Positions 14,121 through 25,026 of a stretch of 64,000 bases of DNA are shown here, in pieces. Position 1 is the first letter of the stretch. Each line of letters starts with the position of its first letter. The stretch covers positions 70,804,001 through 70,868,000 of the forward strand of contig NC_043000.1 in the NCBI RefSeq assembly GCF_006345805.1, read 5' to 3'. A model generated the notes under the pieces. It worked only from the letters and a program-made list of their open reading frames with translations, did no database searches and had not been told where the DNA came from. The position numbers and the translations under genes were made by a program. This DNA comes from Octopus sinensis. Its lineage: Eukaryota.

Positions 14121-14336
14121 CCCTTTAGCATTTAAATTAGCTAAATCAGGCCCAAAAAGTCTACTTGTTTCATGTTTAAATTGGCCAGATCCAGCCTCCC
14201 AAGCTTACCCTACAAAGTTAATATAAAAATAAACAATTACATCATTGAAATCTCGAAGTTACAAGATAATGATGAATTAACACCAATGTGAATAAATAAG
14301 TATTACATTTAACGGCGTAGTCTGAATGCTAATGGG
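14121..14336. mobile_element. 216-bp piggyBac-like MITE
   Basis: TTAA|ccctttagcatt ... aatgctaatggg|TTAA: short TIRs and a TTAA duplication. Confidence 0.8.
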
Positions 14337-14771
14337 TTAAAGAGATGAAAGAAAGAAAAAGTACATTGAATGCATAAATATACAAATAAATATTAACAGG
14401 AAAGAAAAGATTTCCTCTCATATTTAGTATAGAAAGTCAAGTCAATAAACTGTTGAGCATATCTTTTGAATAATAGGCTATTATTTTAATGCATAAATGA
14501 AATAACAATGAAATACTGTAAAAGGAGAATAAAAAACATGAAAAAAAAAGATTATGATCCAATCAAATCAATGTAAAAAAAAATACATATTATAAGCATC
14601 CCCTGAATTAAGCAATTGGATTCTGTAACATGAAACCTATTTTCTCATTGGTTTTCATACTATAAAGATGTGTTTCAACAAATTTTTCCAGAAAACAAAA
14701 AGTCAACCGTAATTAATAATAGTGACAAAATAAATTTCAAACATGCACTACAAAGAGAGAGAGTGAGGGTG

Positions 14772-14923
14772 TAATGAATGAGTTTAAGGATAACAAAGAA
14801 TAGAGATTATCTGATTTTTTTTTTATTATGCAGTCATTAAAGTTCTTCCAGAAGAACTTTAATGACTGCATAATAAAAAAGTGGATAGTCTCCATTCTCT
14901 GTTTTCCTTAAACTCTTTCATTA
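14772..14923. repeat. About 150-bp hairpin; inner 30-bp arms are perfect
   Basis: 14819-14848 is the exact reverse complement of 14851-14880. The outer flanks pair imperfectly. Confidence 0.9.
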
Positions 14924-15072
14924 TTATTTCTTGTTGTATACTGTCAATTTAATGTGACAATAGGGGATTACACCACCGCTGTTTAGCCCTAGGAAGCATC
15001 GACACTTCCTGTCCGCTTCGACACATTTCCTGTGTCCTTATATATTTACGAAGGGGAGACAAATACCCCCAG

Positions 15073-15154
15073 CAGCTAGGCCTGCATCTAGGGACACGCA
15101 TGTTTCAGGATCTTTGTCCATCATCGGTCTAGAGTAGCAGAAGCCTGCTAGCTG
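15073..15154 (-). ncRNA. Candidate type I hammerhead ribozyme, copy 1 (PFKFB sense strand; A-C mismatch next to the cleavage site)
   Basis: CUAGA-CCGAUGA-U-GGA caaaga UCC-U-GAA-ACA ugcg UGU-C^CCUAG. Predicted cut between 15093 and 15092. Confidence 0.55.
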
Positions 15155-15159
15155 CAGAT

Positions 15160-16802
15160 TTACTCTTTATTATAGGCACAATGGCCCGAATTCAGAGGGG
15201 ACATTACAATACAGGACATGGGGTACATATAATAAAAAAATCAAAAAGTACGGTATGACAATGAATTATTTGTAATGAATTAAATGGAATGGCTTTCGAG
15301 CCCCCCAAAGCTTGTAGTTTCAGTTACACTTACAATTGTGTTATTCAGGGCGTTCATTTGTTATGTACGTAAGTAACCTCTCCTGTTCTATAATACTTGG
15401 CAAACTTTCATACCTAATGTAATGCATTACGCATACAGCTGTATACACATTTTTCAGTTTCATTACTGTCTCTTTTTCTACAATCGCCGCCTTCACTTGG
15501 TCACCAAAATTTTTTGAATTTAATTTCACTCTAATTAGACTTTTCATATTTGCCAACTTCTTTTCAATTTCCTTGTCCTTCTTGTACAATATTATAGCTT
15601 TAAGATTTCTTCCTTTTGGTCTTCCTCCTTCCTTACATTTTTCCAGCTGTTCTTCCACTCTTCTATCCCATTCTTCCGTTATCTGACAATTTGAAACTTC
15701 ACTCGCTTTCGTTTCTGTATCTTTCTCTTTGTGCGTTCAATCCTCCATCTCGTCGGTCAACTTCTTTTTAGCTTTTTTCTTTTTTTGTGTTTTGGATGGT
15801 GATTCCAACCGCGTTCTCTTTCTATCCTCTTTTTCTTCTGTTCTTTCCTTTTCTTTCTCCAACTCGTCACTACTTTCCACATTATCTGTAGTCACGATTT
15901 CCTCTTCCACATTCGCCTTTTGTAGTTCCTCTGTCAAAGCCTCCAGTGTTATCGTTTTCTCTAGTACTTCTCTTTGCGGACACATATCTTTCATGTGGCC
16001 TCTAATTTTGCATTTGTAGCACACTGGGGGTCTCCCCTCCACCACAACTCTGAGACGTGTCTCGTCGGGGAAGACCAACTCCTCTGGGATGTTATACATG
16101 TCTGGCATGGTTATGTGGACCAAAGCCTGCACCGCATAACCCCACCACTTTACTTCTTTCGACTTTTCTATCTTCAATATCTCAACATTCTCTGTGCAGT
16201 TAAATATTGTTGCCGCTACAATTCTCTCCATGTTCAGTTCTGGTGCAATTTTACTGATTCTTATTCTCACTGCCCTTTTTCCACAATAGCTAGGTAGTAA
16301 CACCCGTTTTTCCGTTTTCAATATTTTCGTGGCGTTCCTCTTCGCTTCATCTTCATTTTTAAAATGAATGACTACTGTTGCGTATTTTCTACCTCTATTG
16401 TAGAGGGTAGTTTCTTCTTCAATTTCCTGTAAACACCTCTCGATTTCCTCCGCTTCTGCCACTTCTATTTTCTTCGAAGCCACGCTCCACGTTCTGTATG
16501 TTATAATACGCTTCTCCGCTTCTTTTGCTTCGTCTTCAGGTGGTGTGACCCTCACACAATCACCCTCCTTCTTGAAGTCGTTGAAGTATTTCTTCAAACT
16601 CTCTTTCTCGACAATTATTTCTTCTAACTGCAGTTCGCTCGCAGCCAGGCCCTTGCCTGCTGCTCCCGCATAAGTTTGGGCTTGCATACTCGGAAAAAAA
16701 CCTCCAACAATTCACCATGCCGTAACAGCTTCCACCAACAAATTCGAACTCACAACCGCAATACACAATAACCGTAACACAAAATAACCGACACCAAAAA
16801 AA
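15160..16802 (-). mobile_element. 1643-bp non-autonomous non-LTR retroelement encoding only ORF1/gag-like protein
   Basis: Perfect 15-bp TSD (15145-15159 = 16803-16817), 115-nt 5' UTR, zinc-knuckle ORF, AATAAA at 15171-15166 five nt from the 3' end. No EN or RT motifs. Confidence 0.85.
15341..16687 (-). CDS. gag/ORF1-like protein with a CCHC knuckle (EGRPPVCYKCKIRGHMKDMC); 316 aa to a TGA at 15739-15737, then open in the same frame for 131 more codons
   Basis: ORFs 16687-15737 and 15658-15341 are in the same frame. The 26 intervening codons (THKEKDTETKASEVSNCQITEEWDRR) contain no stop. Confidence 0.8.
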
Positions 16803-16883
16803 CTGCTAGCTGCAGATATCTGTCTTGACTTCGTAAATATATATATATCTAATTTTCAGTGAAGTTTATTCACTGATCACCAA

Positions 16884-17358
16884 AATCAGAAATATTAAAT
16901 TTCTAAATATATCATAGAGATATGTACGGTGGTGGGGCGATAGAATGGTTGTATACTGTCAATTTAATGTGACAGTAGGGGATTACACTGCCGCTGTTTA
17001 GCCCTAGGAAGCATTGACGCTTCCTGTCGGCTTCAACACATTTCCTGTGTCCTGTGTCGAGACAGATATCTGCAGCTAGCAGGCTTCTGCTACTCTAGAC
17101 CGATGATGGGCAAAGACCCTGAAACATGCGTGTCTCTAGTTGCAGGCCTAGCTGTTGGGGGTATTTGTCTCCCCTTCGTAAATATATAAGGACACAGGAA
17201 ATGTGTCGAAGCGGACAGGAAGCGTTGATGCTTCCTAGGGCTAAACAGCGGTGGTGTAATCCTCTACTGTCATGTTAAATTGACAGTATACCACCATTCT
17301 ATCGCCCCACCACTGTACATATCTCTATGAGATATTTAGAAATTTAATATTTCTGATT
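16884..17358. mobile_element. Fold-back of the hammerhead-bearing repeat: antisense part 16884-17052 joined to a full copy at about 17053-17358
   Basis: The 169-bp arms 16884-17052 and 17190-17358 are reverse complements with few differences. Confidence 0.88.
17073..17154 (+). ncRNA. Candidate type I hammerhead ribozyme, copy 2 (all stems paired)
   Basis: Stem I CUAGA/UCUAG extended by CUGC/GCAG, GGC/GCC and CAGCUA/UAGCUG; core CCGAUGA...GAAA; stem II GGG/CCC; stem III ACA/UGU; GUC cleavage triplet at 17132-17134. Confidence 0.7.
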
Positions 17359-18267
17359 ATTATTTCTCTTCTATTGAAAAGCATAGTCTCTTTAAAGACA
17401 ACTGGATCTTCAGGTATTGAGAATGTATGAAGAATAGTTAAACCAACAATTGAAGTACGTAAACTCATGTATGTTAACCAGCATTATCAATCAATAGAAG
17501 TGTATATTGGTACCTGCTTGAATTATATATCCCCATCAACTAAAAAGTTTGGAAAATTTTTAGTAACTAAACTATATTGTAATCAATAACTATAGAATGA
17601 ACACAGAACTGTATAACTTTTGTATACATTTTGTATAAGATTTTTGATCTGGTGGTTTCATAGTAAATTATTAAATAAATATTCTACAAAACTTTTTTTT
17701 TTAGAAATGGCAGCTAGATTTCCTACTGTCTGTCAAGAAAGATGTAAAACAAAGTTGAAATGGAGTAGTAGTTCAATCACAATCTGTCTGTCTTTCTCTC
17801 TCTCTCCCCAAAATAGTGGAATAGAGGGAGGGAGAGAGAGAATTAAAGGTACACATTAATAGGTATAGATACAGAATGAGGGAGAGCAAGGGTGATGACA
17901 ATGATGGCATATAAATCATATAGTGCAGGAAGAGATTACAGACATATATTCACAGCAACATTAAATAACAATAAATGTTAATAAAGTGGTCTTTAAATTC
18001 CTAGTCTGGTGTATTTAGAGAAGTGGTTGCCAAATTTTTTCAACCATCGACCCTCTTTAGCCACTTCTTCCACATCTACCTTTAGTCACTTCTACCTCTG
18101 CATCGACCACCCTCCTCATTTAAAATACCTTAATACCTAACACTACCATACCATATCTTAAATGTGTACCGGGTACTGATGCTGGCAATTAAAATGTTAG
18201 CTAAAATATACATGTACAACAAATTAAGAAATTCTATTGAAGATGACACTTTTTACATTTAAAACTA

Positions 18268-18614
18268 AGTGTGCCAGTGGAATGTTAAAAGCACCATTTG
18301 AGCGTGATCATTGCCAGGGCCACTGACTGGCTCCTGTGCAGGTGGCACATAAAAACACCATTTGAGCATGGCCGATGCCAGTACAGCCTGGGCACATAAA
18401 AACACCATTGGAGCATGGCCTATGCCAGTACAGCCTGACTGGCCCTTGTGCACCCACTACACTCAGAGTGGTTGGCATTAGGAAGAGTATCCAGCTGTAG
18501 AAACTTTGCCAGATCAGATTAGAAACTGGTGTAGTCTTCTCGCTTGCCAGCCCTCAGTCAAACCGTCCATCCCATGCCAGCATGGAAAGCGGACATTAAA
18601 CAATGATGATGATG
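18268..18614 (+). mobile_element. 5'-truncated copy of the RTE 3' UTR repeat with (ATG)n tail
   Basis: gtgcaggtggcacataaaaacacc repeats, aggaagagtatccagctgtagaaac, and gaaagcggacattaaacaatgatgatgatg, matching 5454-5920. Confidence 0.85.
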
Positions 18615-19299
18615 TATAAGCCTACAGTATTAACCTTTCAGTTTTTATGAAATTGTTTTTCATGGTTAGAAAATGTGAAAAACATCATATTGCTGGAGTA
18701 TCTTTTACTGAAATTGACATCAGCATGGTGATTCTGACTTAAGGCATTGACATCAGGCTGAATGTTGGCCAGTTTGTTTCAAATCACCTCATTCCTCCAG
18801 GTTCAGGCAATTACTATAAGCAAACACTTGACAATCCGCATCCCTTCAATCACCCCTCTCAATCATCAATTATGATACAGATTATGACATCAGGCCTTGA
18901 ACATTAGCAACAGTAGACTTCTCGCTGCAGTGAAAATTTATCAGGTTTTCCCACATTTCATGGTGTTGACTAAGTATTTCAAGCAGTTCCTCTGGGTGAG
19001 CTGGTCTTTTGCATGCCGACCCCTGGTTTAGAGGGATTCTGAGGACCATCCATCCATTTATACAACTACCCTCACAACAAAAGTTGTTGCCTTCAATGCA
19101 ATAGGAGATACTTGGAAGAGAGCCACTATCTTCTGACTTGTAAATCATTGGCATTTTTATCCAATGAGAATAAAGATCTAATGCAATGTTGTTTGATAAT
19201 ATAGGACACTATCACTTTGTAGGAACTTAGTTCAATTTGAACTCTTCATGTAATTTTTGTGTTAACTTATTAGCAGCAACTTGCAGATCTTTCTCTTTG

Positions 19300-20190
19300 A
19301 GTGCCAACCATGAAGCCATATTCTTTTCAGTCAAGTTAACTGTAGAAGTTTATTCCTCTTTTTGCTCTGCAACTTGCTCTTGTTCTAATAGTATCAGCTT
19401 CTCACCAGACAAACTTTCAATAAGATGTTAACAACTCTACCACATCATTTATAATTTTTCCAAGCCCTACATCATTTGATAGAGTCATCATATCCATCTG
19501 AGCCTGATATAAGATTTTCTGCTAGAAATATCTACAGTAAATCTAAAGTATCAGTGACTAGATAGGAAAACATGTTATGGATACAACTGACCATATGATT
19601 TCCCAAACACCGTTCATAGCCAAAGGTTGCATTTCATCCCATGACTTGATCCTGTTACATACAGCATCGAGAGTGTTGAACTTTTTCCAATAATCTCTAA
19701 TAGTATCTGTCATTAATTGCTTTTGAGTTTGTTACAAAGATCTCAAATAATGTGTTCAAGTTGTAATCACACTTTATGAATCATTTGCTGAAGCGAAACT
19801 ACGGACTATATTCTACTGGACACTTGCTGCATTTGTAAAAGAAGCAATGCTTTGTTGGAAATATGTTTGAGTACCTTTGTACTTCAAGGCAAAAAAAAGT
19901 TTGTAAACTAGATTTTGAAAAGGTTTGTAGTCATCTGAGCATTCTTATTTGAAAGCCTAATTACAGGTAGCAACTTAGCATAGCCCTCAAAATCACTTAA
20001 ATATTCAGATAATACACGAACTTCTGCTGCTGCATAACCTCCTTCATCAAGCATTTTCTTCAGTTCCCCAAGATAATTAGTATTACTACTGGCAGCTTCA
20101 TTGGTCATTTTAATGTTGTACAAAATAAAGCAACTCTTGAAGGAAGAAGGTGACAGTGGAAAATCATTTAGTGGAAACAATGATTAGTTT
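19300..20190 (-). mobile_element. pogo/Tigger-like transposase remnant
   Basis: EAASSNTNYLGELKKMLDEGGY, DTIRDYWKKFNTLDAV...SWDEMQPLAMNGVW and DVVELL-like motifs. Heavily mutated. Confidence 0.55.
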
Positions 20191-20279
20191 TATAAGCATA
20201 GAAATGAGCTGATTGGTATATTGCCAATGTGCAAAGAGAAGCTATGAGTGCTAATATTGAAGTTTTAATAATAATAGAG

Positions 20280-20480
20280 GAACATGATTACACATTAACA
20301 CCATGTCAGCATGGAATGGCTGGTTTGACAGGATCCAATAAGCCACAAGACTGCATCAAGCTCCAGTACCTGCTTTGGCATAGTTTCTATGGTTATATGC
20401 CCTTCCTAACACCAATCACTTTACAGAGTGTACTGGGTGCATTTCATTTTGTGATGCCAGCACTAGTGAGGACACCAAGT
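20280..20480 (-). mobile_element. Degenerate copy of the RTE 3' UTR repeat
   Basis: ccatgtcagcatggaatggctggtttgacagg...tgcccttcctaacaccaatcac matches 5480-5610. Confidence 0.75.
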
Positions 20481-20594
20481 AAATTACAATACAAAATTCT
20501 TCAATTGAGTGGGAGGGAGATGGTTTTGTACCTGGAGTTGAAAATCTAGAGTATGGCAGAACAAGGGACACTTGTCTCACCACAGAGGAGGTAT

Positions 20595-20644
20595 ATAATA
20601 ATGAAATTATTGTATACAGTGCTCAGGTGCACCACAACTTGTCA
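20595..20644 (-). mobile_element. About 50-bp 3' tail fragment of the CR1-like LINE at 44961-48960
   Basis: aataatgaaattattgtatacagtgctcaggtgcaccacaacttgtca is identical to the LINE end at about 46704-46751. Confidence 0.85.
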
Positions 20645-20852
20645 TATAGACACACCTGTTGAAAAGCAAGAAAGAATAGCGGTGATCAGGTAATTGAATT
20701 GTAAAGTCAAATAATTTCTTTACTTTTCTTACAGATTAACACTTTATTGTCATAAGAAGCAACAGCTTCTTTCCTTACGCCTTCTAGATCATTAGCATGT
20801 AGGCACTTTCAAGAACAATACTATCTCTTGTGTTATGAATGTCTCAAAGACT

Positions 20853-20904
20853 GTTTACAAATGCTCTATACTTAGCTAATGCTAAGCATAGAGCATTTGT
20901 AAAC
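20853..20904. repeat. 24-bp hairpin with 4-nt loop
   Basis: gtttacaaatgctctatacttagc-taat-gctaagcatagagcatttgtaaac. One mismatch, which is a G-U pair on the minus strand. Confidence 0.9.
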
Positions 20905-21514
20905 GTTTGTTGGTTGTGCAAATGAAAGAATCTATGTGGTTGATCAACTTACTAGAAATAGCAGCCAAATTTTCTAGTTATACACAACCAGCTTAAACAA
21001 AAGGAAGGACAGAATAGTTTGTGATATACAAATAGATAATATGGTTATGGCTAGAATGTGTTTCAATTGTAGGTTGGCATGACTATACTTATTGGTACAT
21101 TAAATTCTTCACTGAACTCCATGCCAGTCCTAACCCTTAATAAAAGAATATTCAAACAGTTTGTACAACTCTCACAAGTCAATCTACTATACATTGAGCA
21201 CCAGACGTCATTTCATAGGTGTTTCTATTGCTAATTATTTCTGCATATCTGAAATACTGCTTTCTTGAACCTACCAATACCTTTTATGCACTTGTTTCTT
21301 GCATTGGATATACAGTATTGAGTCCTTACCATTGTCTGCTCATTTCCTTTCAGAACGTGTTGATCTGCAACAATTCAAGCATTAAGATCATCAAGCTCAC
21401 TGGTTTTGGTTGGCCTACAAAGGTCATAAGCATTGCTCTGCCTCCAGACTCAGTAAGAAAAATTTATATGTGATGATGATGTATATGCAAAATTTATACA
21501 TTTTATGTACACTA

Positions 21515-21883
21515 TTTTACTTGTTTCAATCATTTGACTGTGGCCATGCTGGAGTACCGCCTTTTAGTTGAAGAAATCGACCACTGAACTTATTCTCTGT
21601 AAGCCTGATGCTAATTCTATTGGTCTCTTCTGCCAAACTACTAAGTTATGGGGATGTGAACACACCAACATCGGTTGTCAAGCAATGGTGGAGGAGGGGA
21701 CAAACACAAACTCATAAATATATATATGATGGGCTTCTTTCAGTTTCCATCAACCAAATCCACTCACAAGGCTTTAGTCAGCCCAAGGCTATAGTAGAAG
21801 ACACTTGCCCAAGGTGCCATGTAGTGGGACTGAACCCGGAACCATGTGGTTGGGAAGCAAGCTTCTTACCACACAGCCACGCC
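21515..21883 (-). mobile_element. Full-length tRNA-derived SINE
   Basis: Reverse complement aligns along the whole length of 38608-39010. Confidence 0.9.
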
Positions 21884-22459
21884 AATCTTTTTTAAATTCA
21901 TCAATTCATTTAGAAACTGGAAGGTTTTACTATTTACAGTATATCTATGACAGTATTTTAGTTTATATATTGGGTTTTAAATATTTTAACTGGCATTTTT
22001 TAAGCCAAGCTGATGGTCTTTATTAACATCATACATTTTATGAACTGGATTATATTCTGAATATGTGTGTGGGGAGGTGGTTCAACAATATACATGGTTG
22101 TAGAACAGTAAAATAACAAATTACAGCTATTATACAATGTCTACATGTTATTCAGTCATTGTACTATCACCACTACATAACAGACAATTTTGTTCCAATA
22201 ATATCTAAAATATTTTTTCAAATCATTCAACTACATCAGAATTGCTAGAATGTGAAAAAAATAGTACTGCTTTTCTTGAAATAGTAATTTTGAAATAAAC
22301 TAGATAATTTACATAAAGTTTTAAAATTGAAGAAATTTGAAAATAACATTTTCTTTTTAATCCCAATAAAACATTTGTTGCCTTAAGCAGTTTCTTAGAA
22401 TTTAGATATTGAAATTACTTGTGTACCTAAACATCAGTTGATATTTCATCAGACTAGAA

Positions 22460-23879
22460 TCTATGTATTAATACGCTTGTATCATCAGCGTTTGTCACAC
22501 TGAGAAATGTCGGGATTAAATTCGAGTTATTGCCCTTGGCTTCTGGACTGGCATTGCTGCAACACTCTTGGAAGGTGGTAAAACTCTTCACAGTATATTA
22601 AGCTTCCAGTTCCTTTGAGTGAAACAAAGTGTGTGCAATGTTCCACCAAATTCTGATCAAGGAAACATTCTTAGGCAAATAGAAGTCTTCATTATTGACA
22701 AAGCTTCAATGATACCAGTTTATGCTTTGAAAGCTATAGATAATTGTTTAAGAGATATGAACAGTAATAGTACATTTGGTGGGAAAATTATCATACTAGG
22801 AGATTTTAGACAAGTTCTTCCAGTTGTTCCCAGAGCTCCTCCTGCAGCTGTACTTGATGCCTGCCTCAAACGCTCCTCTATGTGGGATAATTTTCATTAA
22901 ATGCAACTTACGCAAAACATGAGAACAAATGCAAATGAACGAGATTTTTTGAGGTGGCTACTACAACTTGGAAGTAGATTTTTTCAAAGCTCTCTTCATA
23001 ATCTCACAGAAGATACTATTGATATTCCTGAGGCATGCATATGTAACAATTCTTTGGTATCTACTGTATTTTACAATTGTACAGCAGAAAATATGAAAAA
23101 TAGAGTGATCTTAACCCTTACAAATTCAGACTGCTTAGCAGTAAATGAAGAAATTCTAAGTAGATTGCCCAATGAAACTAAGACATATCTAAGCACTAAC
23201 TCAGTAACTTCTGAATATGCCCAGAATTCTCCCATGATGTTTATAAACTCTCTTACACCTTCTGGAATACCTCCTCATTGCCTTAACTTTAGAGTTGGAG
23301 CAATTATTAGGCTTCTTAGAACCCTCTCTATAACACAAGGTTTATGTAACGGAACTCACTTGGAAGTACTTCAGCTCTACGAGCATAGCATTGAAGTGTC
23401 AATTATAAGTGGATCTCATTCTCACACAAGAGTACTGATTCCAAACATTCCATTAATTCTGCATTGGACCCAGTTCCCGGTTCATCTGTCCTATTCTGTG
23501 ATAATCAATAAAGTACAGGGACAAACATTTGATAGAGTTGGCATACACTTGCCACAGCCATGCTTCACTCATGGCCAGCTTTACGTAGCTTTTTTAATAG
23601 CAAAGGCGATGAACAGTGTGAGGGTTAAAGTGATACCTCAAAACGATATCCACTCGTGGTCAGAAAAGGGGAATCACCTACACTAGAAACATTGTATATA
23701 GGGAGTGCTGTAATGGATGTATTTAACATATACTTTCACATAATAATAAATACTTATATTATTAATAAATATAACATAAAGGATAATAGAATTTTTCATT
23801 AACCAACATGGTGAAAATTAAACAATTTTGATTAAATGATATTTAAATTATTTGTGAATTTTTTCATGGGTCCAACTAG
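22460..23879 (+). mobile_element. Helitron RepHel 3' remnant: PIF1-like helicase, pseudogenised
   Basis: IIDKASM, FGGKIIILGDFRQVLPVV, QLTQNMR, GLCNGT, INKVQGQT and HGQLYVA motifs. In-frame stop at 22898-22900. Ends ...gggtccaaCTAG|T at 23879. Confidence 0.9.
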
Positions 23880-24243
23880 TCTATATTAAAGAAAAAGTGA
23901 ACAGACTGTATACAAACATTGACCCTAATATTTGAAAACCTTTAAGAAGAAAAACAACAACCCTTAGCTATTCTGCTCTCTCTATTTCACTGTTATTACA
24001 ATGACTTCTGTCTTTTAAGCTTGCAAACAATTTCTATTATGCCAATAAAACACTATTTGTTCTACATGACTTTCCACTTCTCATTTTCCTAACACCTTTC
24101 TTTTATTTACTATACAAATCCTTATTATTTCACTGGAAACCATCATTTAGCATGAGATGGTGCCAAATTTGGGTACAGCTACACTAAAATTAATACATTA
24201 TTTCAAAATACAAAATGTGTGTGGTTAAGTGATACAAGCTTAC

Positions 24244-24270
24244 CTATACAGAAAAGGTCCCATGAATCTC
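24244..24270 (-). CDS. PFKFB: Candidate 27-nt symmetric (phase 1-1) cassette microexon of PFKFB: (G)DSWDLFCI
   Basis: Long pyrimidine tract ttctttgtttcttcatcctttttgtccag, donor AG|gtaagc, length divisible by 3, open in the PFKFB frame. No homology support. Confidence 0.55.
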   Translation of the reverse strand, partial: EIHGTFSV

Positions 24271-25026
24271 CTGGACAAAAAGGATGAAGAAACAAAGAAC
24301 AGCACTTTAATCATGCCTGAATAAGGATCTCTTCTTAGTATACAACATAAGCGGTTCTTACAAACTAATTTTTCCTAACGAAATTTTTTGTTCAGCTGTC
24401 TTTAAAATTCTGTGACTGAGTAAACAAAGAAAAAAAGAAAGCTAGAAAATGACATTTGCCAAAGTCTTGTAAGCAAATAGCAAAGGGCATCTTAAATTTT
24501 GATAATGGAGAACACATTCAAACTATATCCAACATCACATCTGCTTTGTAGAAACTAAAAGCTTTCTCCTCTTGTTAACTCAAATTTATTTAACCCTATA
24601 TTACGTTAGACAACACATTAAAAGATATGTATATTTATCAAATATTTTGCTCTTCTGATATTTTTCAAGTAATAGTTCTGAGTCTAAGCCAAAACTATAC
24701 AATAACAATACTTTTCTCCAAAAGTCTAATACCTTAGAAATATAGTGCCAGCTAATAGTAACCATAGCAATGAGTTACAAGTTTTATGAAAATGTTGCCA
24801 ACATTTTACAACAGCATGATAAAGAGAAGTATGTAACAAAATATCTTGCACTTATACAATAAACACACACACACATACATATATAACATTTTTTTTACCA
24901 TTCATGTGACATGTCATTATCCTCTTCTGTTTTCTAACAAGTAGGATAGTTTACTTTGGGAGTGGGGCTAGGTAAAAATTCAAATCCATTTAAAGTTTAG
25001 TATTCTATACTATATTCATCTCTTAT

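Larger units (their letters stand above)
14933..16829 (-). mobile_element. Hammerhead-bearing small repeat, copy 1 (14933-15159 plus 16818-16829), interrupted by the ORF1-only retroelement
   Basis: Near-identical to the reverse complement of 17056-17293. Split by an insertion with the TSD ctgctagctgcagat. Confidence 0.85.

Noticed and set aside
22619-23686. Host PIF1 helicase gene
   Set aside because: Intronless, has a stop and frameshifts, lacks an intact Walker A, and ends in a Helitron CTAG terminus.
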